Positions 1 to 8,318 of a DNA stretch of 40,697 nt are shown here, one piece after another (position 1 is the stretch's first letter; each line of letters starts with the position of its first letter). The notes beneath the pieces were generated by a model. It had not been told where the DNA came from. It searched no databases and saw nothing but the letters and a program-made list of their open reading frames with translations. This DNA comes from a virus. The position numbers and the translations under genes are program-made. The stretch is taken from the UHGV virus genome UHGV-1333064; one strand, written 5' to 3'.

Positions 1-121
1 GTAGCGGCAGGAGTCTATGAACACGTTTCAGTGAAACCATTTAAGAAAGTGTTCTAATTTATTAGAAATTTGCACTTAAATCAAAAAGTTACGGACAATT
101 CAACCACCAATCAATAAATTA

Positions 122-156
122 AAGGGCACATTAAAGTACACAATATTTGTGCCCTT
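122..156 (-). terminator. candidate stem-loop downstream of the invertase gene
   Basis: 9-bp inverted repeat AAGGGCACA (122-130) / TGTGCCCTT (148-156) with a 17-nt loop, about 20 nt past the invertase stop; flanks are T-rich on both strands. The large loop makes it weak. Confidence 0.3.
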
Positions 157-175
157 CTCTGTTTCTTTCCCGTTA

Positions 176-724
176 TCAGCTAGCTGGAAACTTTTTATAC
201 AGAGTTGAGAGCCCTACTCCATACGTTTTTGATACGCTTTGTCGTGATTCACCGGTTGCCATCCGCTCCCCCATTTCCCTCCATTGCTCATCCGTGAACT
301 TAGGCCTGCGACCACCAACTCGCCCTTTTGCCCTGGCTACGGCCAGCCCTGCTAAGGTACGTTCGCTATTAAGATCAGATTCATATTGTGCTGCGGAAAG
401 GATGTTACGAAAGTTATAGCGGCCGCTGGCTGTTTTGAGATCCACGCCATCGGTAATACTGCGGAAGTTGATACCCTTTTCCTGTAACTGCTGGAACATC
501 AACAGCGCATGCAGAACGTTGCGGCCTATCCTGTCCAGCTTCCAGACCACCAGTTCATCCCCCGGCTGCATAGTGGCGATCAGCCGTTTTAGAACCGGCC
601 GATTCGATTTCCTCCCGCTGGCATGCTCTTCAAAAATTTTCTCACAACCCGCTGACTTGAGCGCCGTTAGTTGCAATTCAGTGTCCTGGTGGTTTGTTGA
701 TACTCGGGCATAACCGTAAATCAT
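176..724 (-). CDS. serine recombinase, DNA invertase (Hin/Gin/Cin/Pin family)
   Basis: Track ORF 176..883, trimmed to the internal Met of MIYGYARVSTNHQ (ATG 722-724) with AGGAG 7 nt upstream. Resolvase-type N-terminal catalytic Ser motif (YARVST), VWKLDRIGR, and a C-terminal HTH (LSTLYKK), as in DNA invertases. Confidence 0.9.
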   Translation of the reverse strand: MIYGYARVSTNHQDTELQLTALKSAGCEKIFEEHASGRKSNRPVLKRLIATMQPGDELVVWKLDRIGRNVLHALLMFQQLQEKGINFRSITDGVDLKTASGRYNFRNILSAAQYESDLNSERTLAGLAVARAKGRVGGRRPKFTDEQWREMGERMATGESRQSVSKTYGVGLSTLYKKFPAS

Positions 725-728
725 GGGA

Positions 729-755
729 TTTCTCCTGTTATGAAAACAGGAGAAA
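729..755 (-). promoter_or_regulatory. perfect 11-bp palindrome with 5-nt loop that contains the invertase Shine-Dalgarno
   Basis: TTTCTCCTGTT (729-739) / AACAGGAGAAA (745-755), loop ATGAA. On the minus-strand mRNA the 3' arm carries AGGAG, 7 nt before the invertase ATG. Confidence 0.35.
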
Positions 756-776
756 CGGCGAAGCATCACCAGATTT

Positions 777-1211
777 TTGATGGTTATAAAAAAGGTTGGT
801 TTGGGAGAAGGTTCGGCATTACCCGTTGGCGTGCCTGTTCCGTGGCCTTCCGCCACTCCGCCAACAGGCTGGCTGAAATGCAACGGTGCCGCTTTTTCTG
901 CTGAAGAATACCCGGAACTGGCGAAGGCTTATCCGACAAATAAAGTGCCTGATTTACGCGGTGAATTTATTCGTGGCTGGGATGATGGTCGAGGGATAGA
1001 TAGTGGCCGTGCATTGCTATCTGCGCAGGGAGGAGCAATCCAATCTCATACGCATTTATTAGCTGTCCGAGTTAGCGGGGCAACATCAGCTACCAGCGCA
1101 GATGATGTATTAAAAACCGGAGGCACCTCCAGTAGGGAAACTAATGCGACGGGTGGGACTGAAACAAGGCCGCGCAACATTGCATTTAACTACATTGTAA
1201 GGGCAGCATGA
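777..1211 (+). CDS. alternative tail-fibre C-terminal segment (silent orientation; expressed only after inversion)
   Basis: Track ORF begins at TTG. Protein has a tail-collar-like motif (PTGWLKCNGAAFSAEEYPELAKAY ... VPDLRGEFIRGWD). The frame is open across crossover site 784-809 and both junctions encode GLGE, so inversion would fuse it in frame to the constant N-terminus of the fibre gene. Confidence 0.55.
   Translation: MMVIKKVGLGEGSALPVGVPVPWPSATPPTGWLKCNGAAFSAEEYPELAKAYPTNKVPDLRGEFIRGWDDGRGIDSGRALLSAQGGAIQSHTHLLAVRVSGATSATSADDVLKTGGTSSRETNATGGTETRPRNIAFNYIVRAA
784..809. repeat. invertase crossover site, hix/gix-like (copy next to the invertase gene)
   Basis: TTATAAAAAAGG TT GGTTTGGGAGAA: 26 bp with 12-bp half-sites around a 2-bp core. 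The reverse complement of the right half (TTCTCCCAAACC) closely matches the left half of the site at 2581-2606, in inverted orientation. Same architecture as gix/hix/cix sites. Confidence 0.6.
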
Positions 1212-1819
1212 TGACCACAAAAAAAATCACTTTGGATGAAAACGGTTTTGCCACTGAGGCTGGATTTATTACCGTTTACAACTACAATGGCGAAACGCGT
1301 GAATATATTGGTTCATCCGTTGAATATCTGCCGGTTGGCGCTGGCGTTCCAGCTAATTCCTGCGTTGATGCGCCGGGCAGCAAAAAAGAAGGTTTCGCAA
1401 TCTGCCGCAAGGCTGATTTAACCAGTTGGGAATACGTTGCTGACCATCGTGGCGAAACTGTTTACAACACTGAAAACGGCGATGAAATCACCATCACCGA
1501 AATTGGCGAATATCCTGAAAATACAACCACTATCGCCCCGTTAACTCCATACGATGAATGGGATGGTGAGAAATGGGTGACAGATACTGAGGCACAGCAT
1601 AGCGCCGCAGTAGAAGCGGCAGAAGCACAGCGCCAGTCACTGATTGATGCTGCAATGGCTTCGATCAGTCTGATTCAGCTGAAATTACAGGCCGGGCGGA
1701 AGCTGACGCAGGCAGAAACCACCCGGCTTAACGCCGTGCTTGATTACATTGACGCGGTGACGGCAACAGATACGAGCACCGCGCCGGATGTCATCTGGCC
1801 TGAACTGCCGGAGGCGTAG
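1208..1819 (+). CDS. tail fibre assembly protein (Tfa-like), partner of the alternative fibre segment
   Basis: 203-aa ORF directly downstream of and overlapping (ATGA) the alternative fibre segment. C-terminal region resembles phage Tfa chaperones and the C-terminus of the convergent Tfa at 1791..2234 (both end ...APD(V/I)(I/E)WP..P..). Confidence 0.7.
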   Translation: MMTTKKITLDENGFATEAGFITVYNYNGETREYIGSSVEYLPVGAGVPANSCVDAPGSKKEGFAICRKADLTSWEYVADHRGETVYNTENGDEITITEIGEYPENTTTIAPLTPYDEWDGEKWVTDTEAQHSAAVEAAEAQRQSLIDAAMASISLIQLKLQAGRKLTQAETTRLNAVLDYIDAVTATDTSTAPDVIWPELPEA

Positions 1820-2234
1820 GCCATTCAATATCTGGAGCACTGGAGGTATCAACCAGTTCCAGTGCGTCCAGATAATCCAGCCACAAATTATATTGCGCCA
1901 GTTCCTCACCTTTCAGGCGACCAATCGCTGCTTTACCAGGCCATTGCTTACTGTATATGTATTCGTTGACCTGATTAATCAATTGCTGCTTTTCCAGTTC
2001 GGCTGCGGCAATTTGTTCCTCATGAGTTGGCGGTGGAATTTCCCCCCAGGTGGGAAGGCCATCATCACCCGCGATGCGTACTTTCCCTTGCAACGTTCTG
2101 TCTTCAATAAATTCCAGGTAAGTGTCATATGTCACTTCGACAATATCAGCAAGTTCCCATCCGGCCTGTTCATATTTCGCCACATCATTTTTAGCGAAAA
2201 AACTATTATTTGAGGCGCTATAAACCATTTCCAT
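1791..2234 (-). CDS. tail fibre assembly protein (Tfa-like), currently in expressed orientation
   Basis: 147-aa ORF immediately downstream of the fibre gene on the minus strand; Tfa-like C-terminus (LVDTSSAPDIEWPTPP). Confidence 0.75.
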   Translation of the reverse strand: MEMVYSASNNSFFAKNDVAKYEQAGWELADIVEVTYDTYLEFIEDRTLQGKVRIAGDDGLPTWGEIPPPTHEEQIAAAELEKQQLINQVNEYIYSKQWPGKAAIGRLKGEELAQYNLWLDYLDALELVDTSSAPDIEWPTPPAVQAR

Positions 2235-2235
2235 A

Positions 2236-2880
2236 TTAATACCCTACTGCAATATAAAAAACTGATTCACCAGCGTCCTGAGAACCTACCCCCGGAACGC
2301 CAGACCAGGCTTTGTTAATGAATGCAAAACCGGTATTACTCAGATCAGATGCTCTGTACATCGGGCTGAACATCCAGTAGTTGGCTCCATATGTTTGTCC
2401 GAAAACAATGCCATAGCACTGATTTGTAAATGGCGTAGAAAATAATTTTCCACCAGTACCAGCGATAGTCCCGAATCGCATCTGGAACCCATTCGGGAAA
2501 TTAATTCCGCCTGCCGGTGAAGACCAGTAAGACATATCAGGTATCTGATTATCTCCTGTGCCCACATCCCTTTTCGCCGCTTCTCCTAAACCAAGGTTTG
2601 TGGTAATCGCTGTCGCCAGCTTTGCCACCAGTCCATCAACGTCACCATCATCGAGCGCGTCCAGTTCGGCGTTCGCGATAAACTGCCCCAGTACAGCCGC
2701 CATCGTCGACGGTTGGCGCAGCGCTTTACTGACCTGTGCGCTGGATGCTTTACCCGAGGAGAATCCTTTCTTCAGTGCGGTTAGCGTCTCCCATTCCTCC
2801 TGCGAGGTAACATTTGCATTAGCATCTGTCGCAAACGCTTTAAAATCATTAGTTCCAGCCATTAAAGTAATCTCCCCCAT
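2236..2880 (-). CDS. tail fibre protein (constant N-terminus of about 95 aa joined to the current variable C-terminus)
   Basis: 214-aa ORF after the I-like gene. Crossover site 2581-2606 lies inside it and encodes ...AITTNLGLGE...; downstream sequence is Gly-rich, typical of a fibre tip. Confidence 0.75.
   Translation of the reverse strand: MGEITLMAGTNDFKAFATDANANVTSQEEWETLTALKKGFSSGKASSAQVSKALRQPSTMAAVLGQFIANAELDALDDGDVDGLVAKLATAITTNLGLGEAAKRDVGTGDNQIPDMSYWSSPAGGINFPNGFQMRFGTIAGTGGKLFSTPFTNQCYGIVFGQTYGANYWMFSPMYRASDLSNTGFAFINKAWSGVPGVGSQDAGESVFYIAVGY
2581..2606. repeat. invertase crossover site, hix/gix-like (copy inside the tail-fibre gene)
   Basis: TTCTCCTAAACC AA GGTTTGTGGTAA; resembles the invertase-family consensus (TTCTC..AAACC..GGTTT) and is inverted relative to the 784-809 copy. 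Confidence 0.6.
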
Positions 2881-3578
2881 GCGCCGTCATCAAAACCGGC
2901 GATGTATTCGTTATCCATGTCAAATCCAAAGAATTTTGTTCCTTCGGACGGTGTTTCGACCGAGGGTGTTTCAACGCCGCCAGCCCATACACCAGCAGCT
3001 TTAACGGTGAGATAACCCTGTTTGATAGCGGCTATCAGTTCGAGTGACACATCAGAAATATCAGTCTCGGGAAAAACCCAGACCGATATCGTCATGTCCT
3101 GGTTATCGACGATCTGCATCTTCAGTCCAGAGCCTGCGGTAGCAGCGTCAAGGATGGGAGGCAGAGAGTCGTTCCGACCATCCCAGTTGTTGATAGCGAT
3201 TTTCGCTTTCAGAATGATGCGGTACGTCTCATCACTCAGCGTCGTATAGCCAGAATCAGGATCATATGGCCCTTGCCAGATGCCCTGGTCATATCCGAGC
3301 CCGTCAGTGTCCCAGCTGAAATAAACGCCGCTAATTGGCTGGCTGACTATACGACTACGCCCAATCCACAGGCCGAGGATATCGAGTTGCACGCCAACCG
3401 CCGTATCGATATCGAAGGCTGTTACAAGCCCTGACATAGTGCTGGACACATCAATCAGCGGGCGGGTGCTCAGATCTATATGGTCAAAAAAGAGTGGCTT
3501 GGTAGCGTGGTAGTTAGTGATCAGTTCGGTGTATTTGCTCATGAGGTCACCGTGATAGTGACGTGACTCGCAACGCAT
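2862..3578 (-). CDS. tail/baseplate protein, P2 gpI / Mu gp48-like
   Basis: 238-aa ORF between the J-like gene and the fibre gene, overlapping both; position and size fit the I-like baseplate wedge partner. Assignment is by synteny and recalled similarity only. Confidence 0.55.
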   Translation of the reverse strand: MRCESRHYHGDLMSKYTELITNYHATKPLFFDHIDLSTRPLIDVSSTMSGLVTAFDIDTAVGVQLDILGLWIGRSRIVSQPISGVYFSWDTDGLGYDQGIWQGPYDPDSGYTTLSDETYRIILKAKIAINNWDGRNDSLPPILDAATAGSGLKMQIVDNQDMTISVWVFPETDISDVSLELIAAIKQGYLTVKAAGVWAGGVETPSVETPSEGTKFFGFDMDNEYIAGFDDGAWGRLL

Positions 3579-4738
3579 GACGCAGATTCGTCATAAGCAA
3601 TATCGATATTTCCGCTTGCGACTGAGTCAGAGGATTTGCCGATGAGCAGCTCCTGAATGTCGTAATAGCGAGCACTGCCTCCGCTTACCACGCCAAGGTT
3701 TGCCGGGGAATAAATACGACTCAGCAGAACGTCGTCGCCAATTGTCAGGCCATTAATATAGCCGGCAACAGCCTGTTTGATCTGCTCGCCGATTTGAGAG
3801 GTATACCCGGTAAAAACTTTCAGGGTAATGGCTACGAAAATTGGCACATCGGTAGAGCGTGAAAAACTGATGACGTGAGGATTACCGTAAGTATCCGGCA
3901 CCGTGACAGAAGTTGTCCCGTAGGTTGCCGTTCCCTGTCCTTTATTCCCCCTGATGGTCTGGGCTATTTCGGTAACATCCCCACCATCGACGATGGCGGA
4001 AATTGAGTGCGGCGGCAGCCCGTTGCTGTCTGTTGTTCCTGTGTCGTTCTCATACAACTTGTGACGTGTCACGCCAGCAACGTTAGCTATTGCACCGTCG
4101 ACACCTTCAAACGGTGTGATCGATGGTAGCGCGACGCTTTGCCCCTGCCGAATGCGCAGCTCTGCGTCGGTTTCGGCTGGTGAACCGACAGTAGCCGAAG
4201 CTGGGTTGGTTACCGACACCCAGCCGCGAGTCGGTGTGTTAATGGTGGTAATAGTCCCGGCCATCGCCGCAACCGAACCGCTATTCGCACATGTGGCCGT
4301 CACCAGCACAGTACCATCAACGCCGATCGCTACACTTGCGGGAAAATTCCAGATAATGCCGTTTTTATCCCGTGCGGAGCCATTCGTGATAGTCGTGCCT
4401 GCCGTACCGGTTAACAGAAGGTCAGCAGTAGAGTTTGTCGCTACTTTTCGCGTGATCCCGTTAATTTTCACATTGCTGCTAAGCGCTGCGGCCTGCGCTG
4501 TCGTCGGTGAAAAAGAGTTGTAGATCCCGATAGCGGTGTTGTTAGCGTCATGCACCGCAAGAGCCACCAGCGCGACCATCTGCCCGTCTTTGCTGTCTGG
4601 TTCGAGGTAGGCATCACTACCGTAAATCTGCCTGAAATAGCTGGTCAGTGTATCTAGGATTGTCTGGTAATCAGGCGCACTAATCCCCTGGGCGGTTACC
4701 GTTGCCGATAGCCCCAGCGTGTCGAGGTTCAAAGCCAT
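3539..4738 (-). CDS. baseplate J-like protein (P2 gpJ / Mu gp47 family)
   Basis: 399-aa ORF directly downstream of the W-like gene in a W-J-I-fibre order. Confidence 0.65.
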   Translation of the reverse strand: MALNLDTLGLSATVTAQGISAPDYQTILDTLTSYFRQIYGSDAYLEPDSKDGQMVALVALAVHDANNTAIGIYNSFSPTTAQAAALSSNVKINGITRKVATNSTADLLLTGTAGTTITNGSARDKNGIIWNFPASVAIGVDGTVLVTATCANSGSVAAMAGTITTINTPTRGWVSVTNPASATVGSPAETDAELRIRQGQSVALPSITPFEGVDGAIANVAGVTRHKLYENDTGTTDSNGLPPHSISAIVDGGDVTEIAQTIRGNKGQGTATYGTTSVTVPDTYGNPHVISFSRSTDVPIFVAITLKVFTGYTSQIGEQIKQAVAGYINGLTIGDDVLLSRIYSPANLGVVSGGSARYYDIQELLIGKSSDSVASGNIDIAYDESASCVASHVTITVTS

Positions 4739-5092
4739 TTATGCCTCGCTTGTTACAGTCGTCTGGCCGTAGATTGTGTCAATGGAGGAAGTGAAGGTGA
4801 CGCGACGGCTGGTGCCGTCATAATTGGTATCGAAGGAAAGAATCGACAGAACGCCCGGTGTATCCTGTATGCGTTCGCGTATAGCCAGGATGTAGACATC
4901 TGATCGCTGCTTCCCAAGCACTGACTGAACATACGGCGTGCCTTCCGTCAGATCGAGAAACCACTGACCGCGCCACAGCTCGAAACGGGTTTTTACGGCC
5001 TGGGCGACACATTCCGGACTGTCGATAAGGAAAGTATCGTCACCCTGGCCGAAAGTGTAATCGCCTTCAGTATCTTCGCGACGGTATCGCAT
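4739..5092 (-). CDS. baseplate protein, GPW/gp25-like
   Basis: 117-aa ORF, ATGA-coupled to the upstream spike-like gene; size and position typical of gpW/gp25 baseplate wedge proteins. Confidence 0.6.
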   Translation of the reverse strand: MRYRREDTEGDYTFGQGDDTFLIDSPECVAQAVKTRFELWRGQWFLDLTEGTPYVQSVLGKQRSDVYILAIRERIQDTPGVLSILSFDTNYDGTSRRVTFTSSIDTIYGQTTVTSEA

Positions 5093-5832
5093 TATTGCGG
5101 CCCTCCGGTAGTTCCCCCGCCAGTCTGTACTCCGCCATGTTTATGCGTGGCGACACTGATACCAGAAGCTGTTACGTCATTCGTTACCGTCACCGGCCCA
5201 AGCATCGTCGCAGTACCGCCGCTTTCTCCCATTCCCTGAGACAGGTTACCGTTAATCGTTACGTTGCCGTTCAGCGTGATAGTCGGGGATGTGATTGTCG
5301 TTCCACCCTCAGCCGTAGCCGTAAGCTTGCCCGGCGTTTTAACGGTGATGTTATGCCCTGCTGCGACCTCTACGAACGCCGAGCCATCATCGGTTCGCAG
5401 CTGCGCGGCGCTGGTACTGATACCGCTGATTTTCTGCGCTTGCGACTGCGGGCCAACGATGGCGAACGCATCAGATAAGTCATGCTGGCGCGGGTCGACG
5501 GTCTCCTGAACGCCGCCGCTCTGCCACCAGAAATCGATGCAACGGTCGGCAAAGATCAGCAGGCACTCGTCGCCTTCTTTTACCGGAAAGGTCAGCGTGC
5601 AACCGCCGCCGCGCGGGAAGATAACCGGCACATCCACCAGCGGTTTTAATTCGGTGGAGCCATCGCCAACAATACCGCGAAGCGCTACCTCTACTGTGCA
5701 GGTAACAGTGTCAGGATCGAACGACTGAATGATGCCGGGCATCGCTACGCGCATCTGGGTAGACACCGAATCGGCAATGGCCTGCGCGGTCTGCTGCTCA
5801 CCGCCGATCTGTGATTGAGTTGGAATTGGCAT
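5092..5832 (-). CDS. baseplate central spike / assembly protein V-like (Mu gp45-like)
   Basis: 246-aa ORF with a Gly/Thr-rich C-terminal repeat region (GGTTITSPTITLNGNVTINGN...HKHGG) typical of spike proteins; ATG 5830-5832. Confidence 0.6.
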   Translation of the reverse strand: MPIPTQSQIGGEQQTAQAIADSVSTQMRVAMPGIIQSFDPDTVTCTVEVALRGIVGDGSTELKPLVDVPVIFPRGGGCTLTFPVKEGDECLLIFADRCIDFWWQSGGVQETVDPRQHDLSDAFAIVGPQSQAQKISGISTSAAQLRTDDGSAFVEVAAGHNITVKTPGKLTATAEGGTTITSPTITLNGNVTINGNLSQGMGESGGTATMLGPVTVTNDVTASGISVATHKHGGVQTGGGTTGGPQ

Positions 5833-5843
5833 AAAAACCCCAT

Positions 5844-5867
5844 AAAAAAACCAGCCGAAGCTGGTTT
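5844..5867 (-). terminator. intrinsic terminator-like hairpin on the minus strand, just upstream of the spike gene
   Basis: Minus-strand RNA reads CCAGC-UUCG-GCUGG followed by UUUUUUU (UUCG tetraloop, 5-bp GC-rich stem extendable by A-U pairs). It sits between the AT-rich insertion and the spike ATG. Confidence 0.4.
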
Positions 5868-6043
5868 GGTATCAATTACTAAGCTACATCAGTGTGAAGT
5901 AAGGCTTTTCCGCTGCAATGGCACACATTCACAAGGTGTATTAGGATATGTTTGCAACAAGTAAGCATTAAAAATCAATTTCAGCCATGAAGCCGCCATA
6001 GAGTGGACCTGCACCATCGCATTCTTGACTACAGGAGTAACAA

Positions 6044-6334
6044 ATGGGATTTAGATTTCGCAAAAGAATCCGGATTGCGCCCGGACTCGCGATCAACATT
6101 AGTAAAAGCGGAGTAAGCACTTCAATTGGTGGTAAAGGTTCCACCATTAACATCGGGAAAAAAGGCGTAAAGATGACAAATGGCCTTCCCGGCACGGGGC
6201 TGTCGCATACCACTAACCTTTACTCTCCCGGGAAATCGACAGAAAAAAAACAACTTACTCATAAGCAAAAAATAATTAGAAACATCCTGTTCGTAATTAT
6301 TGTGTTTATTATAATTAAAGCTCAATATTTTTGA
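6044..6334 (+). CDS. DUF4236-like small protein with C-terminal transmembrane anchor
   Basis: 96-aa ORF on the strand opposite the tail operon, AGGAG 8 nt before the ATG. N-terminus MGFRFRKRIRIAPG..NISKSGVSTSIGGKG recalls DUF4236; C-terminal hydrophobic ILFVIIVFIII. Coding DNA is visibly AT-rich. Confidence 0.6.
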   Translation: MGFRFRKRIRIAPGLAINISKSGVSTSIGGKGSTINIGKKGVKMTNGLPGTGLSHTTNLYSPGKSTEKKQLTHKQKIIRNILFVIIVFIIIKAQYF

Positions 6335-6339
6335 CGCAT

Positions 6340-6366
6340 GCCCGCCTATCTGGCGGGCTATTTTAC
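6340..6366 (+). terminator. intrinsic terminator after the DUF4236 gene
   Basis: GCCCGCC-TATCT-GGCGGGC followed by TATTTTACTTTT, beginning 6 nt after the stop codon; the hairpin overlaps the 3' end of the convergent lipoprotein gene. Confidence 0.5.
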
Positions 6367-7248
6367 TTTTCGGCAGTCGTATGTTGCATACTGACGCGGC
6401 GAATCCATGCTGGCTTGCAACCACTGTGCGTTGAGAATGGCTTTGCCGTTTCGATTGATGTACTCAAGACCAACCCAGCGGCCAGGCTGGTCAGTATCAA
6501 CCATCCACTCCATTTTGACGTTATCCGGCTCACGGTTTGTACTGCCACCTGTACCAATTGGAGTAATTTTTTGCGTCTCTGGTTTCACGCCATTAATTCT
6601 GGCCCAACCATCAGCAGACGACAGGTCTATCGTATAAGGCCCACAAGTAGTCTTGTAGTTCACACCAAGTTTTTCGTTGCTGTGTGCTTTTTTGCTTTTT
6701 TCGTAATCGGCCTTCGCTACATCATTCATCTTTTGATAGATAGCAGGCTGCTGCAAAGAAAAATCATTTAGCCTCTTAACAAAAACCTCACGTGAAACCT
6801 CTGCAAGGCCCATTGGTTTTCTGTCAATGGTGTAGTCATCATATATCTTTGATATTACAGTTAATGATGAAAGATTTTTAGCTAAGTTATTTTCAAAGTT
6901 AAGGTAATTTAGCGGAGAATTATCTCTTACATCAATAGCCCCAACGCCACCGGTACCGTACTCATGATATGCAGCATAAAAAACAGGGATCATCTCTGGC
7001 TTTTTATTAATCGCCTTAATCAACCCTTCGGGACCGCAAGATTCCCCACTCCAGTCGATAAGCGACTTACCTTTCGATTGCCATGTTTGGCAATCGTCTG
7101 CCGATAAGATTAAAATTGGCTGCCACCCCGGGCGTTTTTTGTAACTAACATTCTTATCAGAATTGAAGCCTGCATTTGCGCATCCAGAAACGAGCAGCAC
7201 CGACAGGAAAAGCACACTGTATCGAAGTCCATTCATGTTCTTATACAC
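6358..7248 (-). CDS. lipoprotein of unknown function, inserted in the baseplate gene cluster
   Basis: Track ORF starts at GTG 7246-7248, preceded by GGAGGAGG; an ATG lies 4 codons in. Signal peptide with lipobox (VLFLSVLLVSGC). Stop of the upstream hub-like gene abuts the start. Coding DNA is AT-rich relative to flanking tail genes. Confidence 0.65.
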   Translation of the reverse strand: MYKNMNGLRYSVLFLSVLLVSGCANAGFNSDKNVSYKKRPGWQPILILSADDCQTWQSKGKSLIDWSGESCGPEGLIKAINKKPEMIPVFYAAYHEYGTGGVGAIDVRDNSPLNYLNFENNLAKNLSSLTVISKIYDDYTIDRKPMGLAEVSREVFVKRLNDFSLQQPAIYQKMNDVAKADYEKSKKAHSNEKLGVNYKTTCGPYTIDLSSADGWARINGVKPETQKITPIGTGGSTNREPDNVKMEWMVDTDQPGRWVGLEYINRNGKAILNAQWLQASMDSPRQYATYDCRKVK

Positions 7249-8316
7249 TCAACCTCCTCCTGAACGAGCTATAGTCGCCTGGCTAATCAGATCACGAGCA
7301 CCACGCGCAAAACACATTAAATCCATGTACCACGCCTGACCTCTAGTGTCGCCAGTATAGTCGATAGCTTTGACGATATAAACGCCATCCGTCGCAATGC
7401 TGGCTGCCTGTGACGTCGTGCCGGTCAGCACGCGGTTGCCGTTCTCTTCTGTTTCGGTGATACGCCCGGGCGACTGTGCTATTTCGCTATTGCCGAGCGT
7501 GGCGCGGTACACCGAAGCCTGATCGAGCTGGATAAGGCCATTGATGCGGATGTTCGGGTTTATCAGGCACCGCACGTTTACGCCGCCGCCCATCGTCTGC
7601 TGCGGCATACCGATCAGGCCAGTATCTGCATTCAACACAATGGCTTCGTGAATATATTTATCCTCCGGCACCATCTGGACCTGACCATCCACCAGCTGCC
7701 ATGTCGCTTTGCACTGCGCAGCAATATTATCCATCACGTTACGGGTGGATGAGTAAATCGCGCGGCCACGAGGAAAGACGGTATCTGGAAAGTCTCCGGT
7801 AATGCCCTGCGTTACGCCGAACGCGTTGAAATCCTGCATAGTCGCCCGGTGCAGGTCCGCAACGGTATAACCAGCGGCAAGCGTGGTGATGGTGGTCGCA
7901 TAGAGAAACGCTTCGTGATCACCAATGGCCTGAATCAACACCCAGGAATCCGTAATGTTGTCCTTCCCGGTGACGGTGAAGCGAATATCACCGTCAAATA
8001 TCAGGCCGTAGTTCTGACCGTTCACCTGCCCTACCTGGTCTGGTGAAATCTCCAGGGCGACACCAACCTGGCTCGCATCAACATCCGGCGCTATACCGTC
8101 ATACCCGGCAATGATGCGAATTTTGGCAAACTCCTGCCCAAGTATCTTGTTCGTGGTATCGGTCGAAAGGTTGTAAATTTTCACGTTCGCCACGCGCGGC
8201 CAGCGTGTGTCTGCCCACTCGATCTGGAACGTGACCTTAAAGTTAGACAGGGAAACGCCCTGCCCGTTCTGGTCCAACAGTTGCAGCTCAAAATGGCGCA
8301 TCCAGTTAAGAGACAT
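7249..8316 (-). CDS. baseplate hub-like tail protein (Mu gp44 / P-like)
   Basis: 355-aa ORF between the tape-measure-proximal genes and the spike; assignment by synteny with Mu/SfV-type tail modules. Confidence 0.45.
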   Translation of the reverse strand: MSLNWMRHFELQLLDQNGQGVSLSNFKVTFQIEWADTRWPRVANVKIYNLSTDTTNKILGQEFAKIRIIAGYDGIAPDVDASQVGVALEISPDQVGQVNGQNYGLIFDGDIRFTVTGKDNITDSWVLIQAIGDHEAFLYATTITTLAAGYTVADLHRATMQDFNAFGVTQGITGDFPDTVFPRGRAIYSSTRNVMDNIAAQCKATWQLVDGQVQMVPEDKYIHEAIVLNADTGLIGMPQQTMGGGVNVRCLINPNIRINGLIQLDQASVYRATLGNSEIAQSPGRITETEENGNRVLTGTTSQAASIATDGVYIVKAIDYTGDTRGQAWYMDLMCFARGARDLISQATIARSGGG

Positions 8317-8318
8317 TT

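Larger units (their letters stand above)
797..2594. mobile_element. invertible tail-fibre segment (Mu G / P1 C / e14 P-segment-like), about 1.8 kb
   Basis: Bounded by the inverted 26-bp sites at 784-809 and 2581-2606. Contains two convergent sets of fibre C-terminus plus Tfa chaperone genes, with the invertase gene immediately outside. Confidence 0.55.

Noticed and set aside
147-419. 90-aa plus-strand ORF
   Set aside because: Antisense to the strongly supported invertase gene.
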